A DNA stretch of 64,000 bases from the human T2T-CHM13v2.0 reference genome, Homo sapiens: the NCBI GenBank assembly GCA_009914755.4, contig CP086569.2, forward strand, positions 7,616,001 to 7,680,000, written 5' to 3'. The translations under genes were made by a program, and so were the position numbers. This document shows, piece by piece, positions 26,560 through 37,689 of this stretch. How positions within the stretch are numbered: the first letter of the stretch is position 1; every line of letters starts with the position of its first letter. The notes under the pieces were generated by a model. It searched no databases and was not told the origin of the DNA. It saw nothing but the letters and a program-made list of their open reading frames with translations.

Positions 26560-29500
26560 CAAGATTGCTGAATAGAAGCAGCTAGCCTGTGTAGTTCTCA
26601 TAGAAAGAAATGTAAGGTGTGCATAAATACATCACCTTCAACTGAAACTTCCAGGTACTTGCATTGGGAACAATCAAACAACTTAAGTTATGGAGAATGG
26701 AATAAAGCAAGAAAGGACAATAGGCCACCTGGGAGCAACATGAAGCCAAGAAAACCTCCACATTCAATGAAGCAGTGGGTATATATATGACCCTGGGAAT
26801 CCATGATTCTCCCACAGATCTTTGCAGCTGTCAGGTAAGGAGATCTATTCATGTACCTGCTTCATCAAGATCTTCAGTTTAACATACAGAAATAAATGTA
26901 GTCTCAAGAGATCAGCTACTGAGGCCCTTGCAGAGATTCAAAAGCCTTAGGTAATTGGGCTTTCCAGGCTTCCCAGAAAAAGTAGTTGCAACTCGAGCAA
27001 AGGAGGATGCAACACTTCTGTAATTACCCATAGAAAAGAGGCAGAATCCAGGAGGTTGAGCATTGATGATCTATAGAACTCATGCCCACAGTGCCCCACA
27101 GTGTAAGACTTACTGGCTTAGCATTCTGCTCAACCATTGGCAGTAGCACTATACCTCCCTGAAATGGAGAGGAGGACCAGAAAGTCGAGTGGGACACCAC
27201 CTACCAGAAAGTTGAGTGGGACACCACCTTAGCTGCTTGGGCAACTTAGCCCTTCCAGCCTTCAGATTTTAAAAAGCCCAATCTGACATAGGGCAGAATC
27301 TCCTAGCACAGTACAAATGCCCTAAAAAGACATGGTCAGACTCCTTATTAAATCAGGTCCCCAATCTCATTTCTTAACACTGGAAAGCACTTCCTAACCA
27401 GTGTGTCCAGTTACCACCATTGGTGCTGTTTGGTCGATGGAATTTTGAAATATCTTCGGGATATATTTCCTAGAGGAAAGAGTGAGCAGCAATTTTTCCT
27501 ATGTGTATGACTTAGCTCTTCCAGCCCTCTGGCTTTAAAGAATCCAAATAAGCTGGGGATGGAAGTGGTACCTCTGCACATCAGAGATGTACTAAAAAAA
27601 TGTGGCTAGACTGCCTTCTTATGTGGCTCCCCAATAATGTTCTCCTTACTGAGTAAGAAATTTCGACAAGAGATTCCAGCTACCTCCTACAGGTGCTATT
27701 GAGCTGGAAAGCGGTCTATAACTCCCTAGGATAGAGCTCCCAGAAAAAAAAAAAGTGACACACTGAAATTGTTTAGTTTTGCAGCATTCACTGGTGGTAA
27801 CTTCAAATACTGGAAAATCTGAGGTGACTAGGAATTTCAGTGGACTGCTAGCACACTGAAGCAGCCCTTCAGAAAAGTGGCCAGATTGTTATGAGATTGC
27901 CTGTCTTCATATATTCTCACTGGGCAGGTTCTCCCAGCCTGGGCCACTAGCCAATCACTGCCAGAGCTATTGAGACAGTAGCAACTTAGCAATTCCCTGG
28001 ACAGAGATTATAGCAGCAACTGAAAATATTTCTGCCACTGCCTCTGCAGTAGATGTGTCCTTGCTACACTCAGACTAGTGAAAAATCCAAAACCCTAAGT
28101 GCCTTATTCAAACAGCAAACAAGCTGCAGTTTTCCCAAGAAGAGGCCAGTCCATTCACCGTGGGTCCCACAAACTACCCACTGCTCCTCACCATCCCCTA
28201 ACTTGACTAAAATCACAGATCCTCCATCATGGGCTGACTGCATTGAAGTATTGCTGACCTACATCTCTCTGAGATGCAGCCTCCATAAAACAAGCAAATG
28301 AAATAAACCTCCAGAAAACAAACAAAGCAAACAAGGGCAGCAAGCTAGCTCATTTGGTGACCAGAGGGTTTGGTGCAAGAGTATCTGTAGTAAATTGTGG
28401 CTAATGATGGCCATTTCTGTAGGATCAAGTTTTTCCCATAAGAGACTTTAGCCCTAGGGAACTGTTGGACCTAATTACTGTACTATAGCCTTGCAAATCA
28501 GAAGCTTATCCAACTGAGTACTCCTTGGTTTGCTGTCCCCTCCCAGGCACCCAGTCTGGCACCCAGATCCTTGCAGGGAAGTCTCAGGCACACTGGGAGC
28601 CCATACGATACCATCTGCAAGGTGGGTCACACATGATGCTTGAAGAACTCCAGCTAGGCAGCCCACGTGATTGCAATAGCCCACGTGTTTCTTTCCTACA
28701 CTGCAGCTTCCTATGAAAACATGGCAACTCCTTATATTACTTTGCTGGCACATGTCTTGAAAGCAGATTTGTCTTTGCTTTGCCAACCAGCAAATGGAAA
28801 TGCAGTATGGTCCTGCCACCCCAGCAACTGCCATTGTATATAAAGCTTTGGTGGGCATAGAATCAAAAAGCCTCACCACTACCTTTGTGCTAACACTTTG
28901 TAGAGAAAAGGATATGCTCCCACACTCTGAACAATTACTTCTCCTTTGGGGGGCAAAAATAAGGCTTCAAAACTTCTTTGGCCAGCATCCTGCCATATGC
29001 TAACACCACCTTTTGTGCAACAGCCCACACAGTCTCCAGCAGGTACACCTACTCCTATCCCAGCTACTTTGCTCCCACTACTGAGATGAATAACCAAAGA
29101 CAGGCAGAAACTCCGTACACACTAGCACTCTGCTGAAACTGCAGCAACTTAGTCCCAGAGTGGCAGACTCCAAATATCAAAGAGACAGGGAAGAGAATTG
29201 GGTCTCAATACAAATTGCCCTCATTATGCAGACTCTGAGTTGTGAGCTGAGCATTTCCCCCATCCCCACTACACACACACAGATGCATAAAGAAACCTCT
29301 CCCAGGAAGAAGGACTGTTGGATGAAAACACCTTATGCCACAATCAAATACTCAAGAATATCAAAAAGAAAAACAAACAAGCAAACAAAAAAAACCCCTC
29401 AATCAAAGTTCAACAACCCCAAAGATATGTCCACGAAGATGAGTCAAAATCAATGCAAAAATATTGAAAACAAAAATGCCAGAGTGACTTGTTTCATCCA

Positions 29501-30840
29501 AATAACCAAATCACGTTTCCAGTATGGCCTAAGATGACAGAAGTAGAATTCACAATGTGGAAAGAAATAAACTTCACTGAGTTACAAAACTAAGTTGCAA
29601 ACCAATGCAAGGAAGGGAAAAATGCAGAAACTGAGAGATAAAACAGCCAGTCTGGAAGAAAATGTGGCCAACGTGATAGAGCTGGAAAACGCAATTCAAA
29701 AACCTTATAATTTATTCAAATATTAACTGCAGAATAAGCCAAGCAGAGGAAAGAATACCTCAGACCTTCAAGACTGGCTGTCTGAAATAATACAGATAAG
29801 AATAATGAAAAAAAGAATAAAGAGAAATGAACAAAACCTCTGAGAAAATATTTAATTTTGTAAAGAAATCAAATATATGATTAAAGAGAGTGCCGGAAAG
29901 TGATGGGGAGAATGAAAACAACTTGAAATACATATTTTGGTATATTATCCATGAGAACTTCCCCACCTAGATAGCCAGGAAGACATTCAAATGTAAAAAA
30001 TGTGGAGAACCCCAGTAGGATACCCCATGAGAAGGTGATTTGCAAGACATAATCATGAGATTCTCCAATGTCAAATTGAATGAAAAAAATTATTAAAGGC
30101 AGCTAGGGACAAAGGCCAGGTCATCTCTAAAAAAAGAACCCTTCCAACAAACAACAAACATTTCAGATGAAATTCTACAAGTAAAAAGAGATTATGGATC
30201 AATCTTTAACATCCTTTAAAAAAGAATTCCAAGAAAGAATTTTATATCAGACCAAAGTAATCTTCAGAAGTAAAAAAATAAATATGATCCTATGTACATA
30301 ACTAAACACTAAGGAAATCTGTTACCACAAGACATTACTTACAAAATTTTCTGAAGAAATCACTAAATAAGAAAAAGACTGTTGCTGGTCACTACAAAAA
30401 CACATGAAAATACATAAACTGCTGACACTATACCACATAAACAAATGTGCAAAATAGCCAGCTAAGATTATAGTGACAGAAACAAATCCACACATATGAA
30501 TACTCTCCTTAAATGTAAATGGACTATATGCCCCAATTAAAAAGTTGATGATAAGCTAAATACAGTTTTAATATCTAATGGTATGCTATAATTGAGAGAC
30601 TCATATCAAATAAGTTCAAAATAAAGTGAAAGAGGTGAGTCTACCAAGCAAATAGAAAACAGAGAGAAGCATGGTTTGCAATCCTAGATTCTGTCAAAAC
30701 AGACTTTAAATCAACATAGATTTAAAAAGACAAAGAAGGGCATTACATAATAGTAAAGAGCTACATATCCATCCAACAGAAGAGCTCCCAGATTATAAAG
30801 CAAATACTTAGAGACCCTCCAATATGTTAAATTAAATGTT
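26560..30840 (+). mobile_element. Ancient L1 (L1P/L1M-like) 5' portion: 5'UTR, ORF1 and the first ~350 bp of ORF2. The element is 3'-truncated at about 30840.
   Basis: The 29300-29760 region translates to an ORF1-like coiled-coil segment. The 30480-30840 region matches the L1 ORF2 N-terminus (apurinic/apyrimidinic endonuclease domain), '...lnvngLnaPIKr..l..wikkqdp.iCclQEThl...KgWkkiy.ANg.qKkAgvAili...', recognised by eye against a remembered L1 consensus. The element stops abruptly where the minus-strand ZNF fragment begins. Confidence 0.6.
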
Positions 30841-30849
30841 CTTCAACTG

Positions 30850-31720
30850 TAATCCCCTTTACATTGCATTTGTTCGGTATTGTTTCTGATGTTTAACACA
30901 ACATGAAGACTTGTTAGTAGGTTTATCACATTTTTAGCACCTGTAGAACTTCTATCTAATATGAATTATTTTAATGTTTAAATGAGGTGTGAAAACAAGC
31001 TCAATTCTTTTCCACACTCTTCACATTTTTGGGGGGTTTCTGTTCAGTGTGAATTATCTTATGATTAGTAAGGTCTGAGAATCACTGAAATGTTTTATCA
31101 CATTCTTCACATTTGTAAGCTCTCTTCCATATGAATACTTTTGTTGTTAATAAGGGTTGAGGAGCAGGTAAAGGCTTTGCCACATCTACACAGATGTAAG
31201 GTTTCTCTACAGTATGAATTCTCTTATGTTTACTAAGGGTCAAGAACCACGTAAAACTTTTCAACATTTATCACATTTGTAAGATTTATTTCCAGGATGA
31301 ATTATCTTATGTTTATTTAGGTCTGAGAACCACTAATAGGGTTTATAACATTCTTCCCATTAGTACAGCTTCTCTCCAGTATGAATTATCTTATGTTTAG
31401 CAAGTTCTGAGAAGCATCTAAAGGCATTGCTACATTCTTTGCATTTGTCAAGTCTTTCTACAGTGCAATTTCTCTTGAGTTTAATATGGGTTGAGGAACA
31501 GGTAAACTTTTTGCCACATTCTTTCCACTTGTAGTATTTCTCTCCAGTATGAACTTTCTTATTTTCAGTAAGGTTTGAGAAATTTTTATTGCATTTGCCA
31601 CTTTACTTTACATTTGTAACATCTCTTTGTAGTATGAACTTTCTTCGTATAGTAAAAACTGCAAACATCCTACTGTCTTTGCAACATTTTTCACATTTGT
31701 AGCATTTCTCTCTGCCAAAA
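30850..31720 (-). pseudogene. Decayed C2H2 zinc-finger array, an exon fragment of a KRAB-ZNF-type pseudogene with about 10 finger repeats of 84 bp.
   Basis: An 84 bp periodicity is visible on the + strand as recurring 'tgaattatcttatg...tcacatt(t/c)gta'. Minus-strand ORF 31082-31267 contains 'HKRIHTVEKPYIC' and 'KRAYKCEECDKTF' (TGEKPY-type linkers and C-x2-C...H-x3-H spacing). Multiple stops and frameshifts between fingers. Confidence 0.75.
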
Positions 31721-31849
31721 ATTTTCTAATATTAAGTGAATATTGATCAGAACCCTAAAGCTTTACCATATGTATTACATTGACAGGGTTTGCTATGGGT
31801 AGTTGACAAACCTTGATGAAGCCCATTGTAATTGCATTTCTGCCATATT

Positions 31850-32955
31850 GGGGGAAATTCAGCCAGATATTGGGTGAAATTCATGCCAAATATTTCACGT
31901 AGGTTATTTTCTATATTTGCTAAGTGTTGGCCAGTCTGAGAAATAAAGGGACAGAGTACAAAAGAGAGAAATGTAAAGAAGCGTGTCCAGGGGAGACATC
32001 ACATGTCAGCAGGTTCTGTGATGTCCCCTGAGCCATAAAACCAGCAAGTTTTTATTACTGATTTTCAAAAGGGGAGAGAGTGTATGACTAGGGTGTTGGT
32101 CACAGAGATCATGTGCTTCACAACATAATGGAGTATCACAAGACAAATGGAGGCAGGGTGATATCACAGGACCACAGGACCAGGGCAAAATTAAAATTGC
32201 TAAAGAAGTTTCAGGCATGCATTGTCATTGATAATATCTTATCGGAGACAGGGTTTGAGAGCAGACAACCGGTCTGAACAAAAATTTATTAGGTGGAATT
32301 TCCTCATCCTAATAAGCCTGGGAGTGCTATGGGAGAATAGGGCTTAGTTCATCTCTACAGCTCGACCATAAAAGACAGCCGCCCCCTGAAGTGGTCATTT
32401 TAGAGGCCTACATTCAAGGATGCTTTCTCTTTTTCAGGGATGTTCCTTGCTGAGAGAAATAATTCAGCGATATTTCTTCCATTTGCTTTTGAAAGAAGAG
32501 AAATATGTCTCTGTTCTGCCCAGCTCACTGGCGGTCAGAGTTTGAGGTTATCTCTCTTGTTGCCTGAACATTGCTATTATCCTGTTCTTTTTTCAAGTTG
32601 TCTAGATTTCATATTATTCAAACACATTTGCTCTACAAACAATTTGTGCAGTTAATGCAATCATCACAGGGTCCTGAAGTGACATACATCCTCCTCAGCT
32701 TACAGAGATGATGAGATTAAGTGATTAAAGACAGGCACAGGAAATCACAAGGGTATTGATTGGGGAAGTGATAAGTGTCCATGAAATCTTCATAATTTCT
32801 GTTCAGAGATTGCAGTAAAGACAGGCATAAGAAATTACAAAAGTATTATTTTGGGGAACTAATAAATGTCCACAAAATCTTCACAATTTATGTTCTTCTG
32901 CCATGGTTTCAGCTGGTCCCTCCATTCAGGGTTCCTGACTTCCCACAACATCTCT
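31850..32955 (-). repeat. 3' LTR of the HERV-K-like provirus.
   Basis: Alignable by eye to 37690-38825 ('ggccagtctgagaaataaagggacagagtacaaaagag...', '...cttcacaatttatgttcttctg(c/a)catggtttcagctggtccctccatt'). Divergence between the two LTRs is substantial, roughly one difference per 10 bp by eye (not computed), plus a ~35 bp indel. Confidence 0.8.
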
Positions 32956-33060
32956 CCCTTTCTTTTTATATAAATTTACCATGGTGATGAAGACTTGTTT
33001 GTTCTTTCAATTTTGATGCAGGATTCTTTGACGGGTCCAGCACTCTAAAAACAAGCCAAT

Positions 33061-33594
33061 TTAACAGACAAACATAATTCCAAAATTTGCTACAGTGGAG
33101 CCCCCAGTACACTTAATCCAAGTCATGAGGTTTAGTCCATAAAGATTTTCTGCCAGCTGATCTAATGCCTCAGCTCCAGGCACAATGTATAAGGTAGCTT
33201 GAGAGCCTTCAAAAATTTGTTTCTCTAATTTAGTTATGTCCAATGTTAAATTATCTCCCCTTAACAGAAGGTGTCCTTTGAATAATTCCCATGAATGATC
33301 AGTGTCTTTATGGGAATACGGGGTTATACAGAAATCCGAAGTATTCCAATCACACTGCATTTGCATGTGATGTTCAAGACTCACCACCCAATCTCCAAAC
33401 CAAATAACAGACTGTCTTAAATCATTAATTTGATTTGCCAATTTTTGATTGATGCCTTGTTGAGAATTCCACATTTGGGTGGAATTGTCTTGCCAATCAT
33501 TAACAAAATGAGCAGTTTGAATGGATTGGTGTAATGCCATTACAGCAGTGGTGGTCATTGCAGTGACTGTAATTAGGCCTGTGATATCCATCAT
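33061..33594 (-). CDS. env: Retroviral Env transmembrane (TM) subunit, an open 177-aa ORF. It is the C-terminal part of a frameshifted env.
   Basis: Translation '[77 protein letters not shown]...[34 protein letters not shown]...' is colinear with the HERV-K(HML-2) Env TM region (remembered '...[66 protein letters not shown]...[35 protein letters not shown]...'). Confidence 0.85.
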   Translation of the reverse strand: [177 protein letters not shown]

Positions 33595-35013
33595 TAAAGT
33601 GACAACAAATCTCTTAGATCTTTTTTAGAATTCGCTGTAGCACTTCATTAATTAAGGGTATTGAGGGGGAAGATTCCCAAGGTCTGGGAAAAGTTACCAA
33701 AATCCAGATTCCTTCTCAAGTTTGAATAAACATTACACTTTTCCTGGAGTCAAAATGGGAGTTAATACAAGTGTGTAAATAACAATTAATGCATTGGACA
33801 GTTTGATTGTTCATCCAAATTTTGATGTTTCCCACTAACAGCACGTAAGGAGGCTTAACACAACTCTGTATGGGAACAGTCAAGTTGGAGGTAAGTAAAG
33901 CAGAATGTCTGGATCTACATTGATACTGAGAGAGTGGGATGGTAGTGGGGACAAAAGACAGAATAGTTTTCCCTTACTCGCAGTCCAGACATGGCAATAG
34001 CCAATTTCCAAAGTTCTGGGTGTTCTGGGCTCAGAATGGGGAGTATCATAGGAGGCCTGGCTTGGGGGAGGTGATAATGCCTATATCTTCCCATTTTAAG
34101 GGAAAGAATGAGCTGAACCTCCTATGCAAAGTAGAATGATGATTCTCGTTCTCCCCTTAAGAAATAAATAATGCCTCCAGGCATTCCCTTCCACCAGAGG
34201 AGCAATTGTTTTGTAAATAGCCCTTTGATGCCCAGTCTATTACAAAACTATATGAGTCATTTTTCAATATTACTGCATGTGATTTAACACAATCTTCCCA
34301 AATTAAAGTTTTAGATGGGCCCTCAAAATTTTTAGAGCATGGTTTTCCTGCAGGTTTATATTGAAAATATGGGGTATTTCCCATTACTCCCCCTTTCATT
34401 TATTTTAAAGGAGAAATGGAGAGGCTGGAGATGAAATGTCCCAGTTTCTCTGTAGCTGATCTTTCCAGAAGATAAGCAGCCCAGACTTGAGTTTCTAGAC
34501 AGGTACAACCAGGTGCTTGTCTGAGGCACAGAGTGGGGTATTTGTAACCTATGGTAACATTAAATTCATTGCCTTCTCCTGGCTGAGCAGGACAATGGTC
34601 ACCTGTAGCTCCAGGCATCCACACACTATTGTTAGTGTAGATTTCTGCAGGAGCATCAATCCAAGTGAGAGGCCGAATCCAGGAAGAAAAGGCACATAAG
34701 CCCAGTAAGAATAATTATGTGTAGCAGGTAAATCAGTGTGAGAAGAAACTGGTGAGACAGAAAGTATAAGGAGGAGAATCATTAAATAAAACTTATTGTA
34801 AGTGAGATCGAATGTTGAAGGAGGAAGAGAACAGAGGGATGTTATTTTCAGGCTAATAGAAATGGTGAGATTTTTAGGTTTGTAAGGAGAAAAAGAAAGG
34901 TAATCAGAAGTAGGATTAGTTAGATGGTTATCCATCGCCCTCAGGGAGGAATGAATCAGACCCACTGTGATTTTGTGTTCCTGCTTCTGAGGAGTTGGCA
35001 CAGATCTCACCAC
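33595..35013 (-). pseudogene. env: Env surface (SU) region of the same env, split over at least 3 frames.
   Basis: ORF 34549-35013 has '...THNYSYWAYVPFLPG...' (HML-2 'ANYTYWAYVPFPPLI'). ORF 34400-34624 has 'WMPGATGDHCPAQPGEGNEFNVTIGYKYPTLCLRQAPGC' (HML-2 '[40 protein letters not shown]'). ORF 34157-34399 has 'KPAGKPCSKNFEGPSKTLIWEDCVKSHAVILKNDSYSFVIDWASKGYLQNNCS' (HML-2 '[56 protein letters not shown]'). Confidence 0.8.
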
Positions 35014-35241
35014 TTCTGAGGGCAGTCTCTGACACAGACATCTTTTCTCTGTGGTTTTTGTTTCATGATCTCCTGGTGAAACACAAGCATATCCTCTTTC
35101 CCATGTTAAGTAGAATTGGAGACAATATTTAAAGGTTTGGGGAAATCCTGTAAGGTAGTAATGACAACAATTAACTCTGCCTTTTGAACAGAGGTATAAG
35201 AGGTAGAAATAAGTTTGTCTGTAGGTCTTAAATAATTAACG

Positions 35242-35808
35242 TTACCCCAGTTTTTGGAAGTCATTTAAAGTTTTGAAAGAATCTCTACTAATTTGAAGTT
35301 TTTGAGGTTGAATACTTTGTTTACCGACCACCATTCCTAAATATTGAACAGGAGTGGTCTCTTGAATTTTATCCTGAGTGATGTGTAATCCAGCTCCTGC
35401 AACACAGTGGCTGAAAATTTGATAACAGTCAATTATTTGTTTATCAGTGGGGGCAGCAATTAAAGTATCATCCATACAATGAAGAATATAGGCCTTGGGA
35501 AATTGGGCTCAAACTGGTGAAAGCACTTGTCCAACATAAAGCTGGCAGATTTTAGGGCTATTCAGCATTCCCTGAGGAAGTACTTTCCATTAATAATGAG
35601 TTGCAGGCTCTTGATTATTGATAGATGTTACAGTAAAAGCAAATTTTTCACAATCCGATTTATGTAAAGCAATATGAAATAAACAATCTTTAAGATGAAT
35701 AACTATGAGAGGCCAATTTTTAGGTATTAAAGCTGGGGCAGGCATGCTGGGTTGGATGGCCCCCATAGGTTTAATTACAGCATTAATGGCCCTTAAATCT
35801 GTTACCAT
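35242..35808 (-). pseudogene. pol: Reverse-transcriptase remnant (pol) in two ORF pieces. Includes the YxDD box ('MDDTLIAAPT').
   Basis: ORFs 35590-35808 and 35242-35475 (minus strand). The second starts MDDTLIAAPTDKQ. Only ~230 bp separate the YMDD region from the env start, so RNaseH and integrase appear deleted. Confidence 0.7.
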
Positions 35809-36018
35809 TCACCATTTGCCTGATTTCTTTTTTACTAGAAACAGGAGAATTCCAGGGGGAAAGACAAGGTTCCACATTCCTAAGTTGTAACTGTTCGGAA
35901 ACCAATTGAGTTAAAGCCTCCAGTTTTTCTTTAGAAAATGGTCACTGCTGAATCTAGATGTGTGTGTCAGATTTCCACTGTAAAGGGATAGGATCAGGAG
36001 GCGTGGCAGCAGCCACCA

Positions 36019-36500
36019 CTAAAAAGGATAACCTAAACCAGCCCTGTTTTCTATTATAGTAACTGGGAGGGGTTTAGTAACCCCTTCATGGTTTGGACTG
36101 AGACTGAGTCCAGGAACAAACCCCATGTTCTCCATCATATGCTGACTGGGAGCAATAGAAGAGTTATGTGGAATATTAATTTCAGCCTCAATATTTACTA
36201 GGCCCTCAAACTTCATTCCTTGAATGTGTATGGTGCAGGTGGGCCATTGTTTAGAAATTATATTAATCCAATAAGCAGCTTTTCACTGCCAGAGCCCATC
36301 CCAGGGCCACCTGTCTTATCTCCTTTGTTAAAAATGATATTAGGTAGTAAAAGTAATTGAGCTTGTTTAACAGTAGTAAAAGAAACAGGAGCTTCACCTG
36401 GGGCACGCAACTTATCCTAAGCTCTCGTAAACACCTTTGTTACTTGTTTAGCAGTAAGAGCATCAAAGTTTAATTGGGCATAAGTATCAAAGAAACTATC
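36019..36500 (-). pseudogene. pro: Protease C-terminal region with G-patch, a betaretrovirus hallmark.
   Basis: ORF 36019-36216 has '...MMENMGFVPGLSLSPNHEGVTKPLPVTIIENRAGLGYPF', colinear with the HERV-K PR C-terminus '...IMTKMGYIPGKGLGKNEDGIKIPVEAKINQEREGIGYPF'. The 5' extent beyond 36216 was not examined. Confidence 0.7.
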
Positions 36501-37271
36501 CGAGCCTGTGAGCTGAGCCTGAGTAGTTAGAATGTCATTGGTCTGATTTAGCTGAGCCTGTAGATGGGCCTCCTCTGCCCACTAGGCTGAGACAGAGTTA
36601 GAACAGCTTTTTGCCAAAAGGCCACAGTCTAAAGGAAGCAAAATGACCTAAGTACAAAAAGTTTGAAATACCATTTTAACATAAGGAAAATTAGGACCAT
36701 ATTGAGTACAAGCATCCTTAAACTTTTTAAAAAAGTAAGATTGAGCGGGGCATATTGACACAGGCCAGTTGAGGAACCAAAATAACAGGAGGGTGAGGGG
36801 CTACAGTGGATGGGGGAGGGCCTGGAGAATTATAGGTAAATTGTAGTTTGGCCCTGGAGCCATTAGCTTATACTGGAGGTGTGAAGAGAGAAGAATTAGC
36901 ATATCAATGGTCCTGGGCTGTGTGAATCACATCCGTGGGAGCTTCAAGTATTGGTTCTTTGTGAAAAGAAGTAAGATAAGTAGGGGGTAACATTAAGCCA
37001 AAGTTACCAGACTTAGACATTGAATTGTCAGCATGTTGGGGAGGAGTAGCCAAAGGGAGAAGCTGATCAGATAACAAAGGCTGTGTGGGAGAGGAAGGCT
37101 GAGGAAATGTCAGAGAAACTGAGGAAAAGGCAGAAAACTGTGGCAACTGCAGGGGATCATGAGATCGGCAAGCCACTAAGATGACATGCACCAAGGCTAA
37201 ACAACCCCAAACAGTGATAGGAACATAACTTCCTTCTGGGACCAGCTCCCAGAATGCTATACCAACACAAT

Positions 37272-37500
37272 CTCATATTTCTACATATACGGTTCCTTTT
37301 TCAGGAAACCAAGGACAGAATTTTTCCACCACCCTGAATAGAGTGACCATATTTTCCATGGTTACTCAGATCCTTCCCTGTTTCAACAGGTCTACGTCTA
37401 AGGGTCCTTTTTCAGGAGACCAAGGACAGAATTTTACCACTGCCCTGAATGCAGTGATCATATTTTCCATGGGCACTCGAAACCTTTTCTGTTTCAACCA
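37272..37500 (-). repeat. ~105 bp tandem duplication in the leader/gag-proximal region of the provirus.
   Basis: 'ggtcctttttcagga(a/g)accaaggacagaatttt(t/a)ccac(c/t)(a/g)ccctgaat(a/g)(g/c)agtga(c/t)catattttccatgg(t/g)(t/c)actc(a/g)(g/a)a(t/a)cc(t/t)t(c/t)c(c/t)tgtttcaac' occurs twice in direct succession. Confidence 0.75.
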
Positions 37501-37689
37501 GAGTTTAATATAGAAGAGATAGGTATAATGTTTATACTCAATGTGACCCACAGTTATCCCAGACCATACACAGACTATTCACCACTCATCAGGGAGTCGA
37601 ACACGCATATCTGTGGACCAAACTGATGATGTTTCTCTGCACCTAGCAAAAGGAATCGGGTTCCCTCATGTACTTAGGAAAAGAGAAAG

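Noticed and set aside
28475-28879. 134-aa minus-strand ORF and 125-aa plus-strand ORF (29160-29537) within the ancient L1.
   Set aside because: They lie in the L1 5'UTR/ORF1 region. The plus-strand one is a degenerate ORF1 remnant and the minus-strand one is antisense to the L1. They are not independent genes.
33061-33594. Whether the intact 177-aa Env TM ORF could be a domesticated, syncytin-like gene.
   Set aside because: It lacks an in-frame SU and signal peptide, since the upstream env is frameshifted in three pieces. It begins mid-domain, and the provirus is otherwise decayed. Nothing in the sequence supports purifying selection; this would need cross-species dN/dS to revisit.
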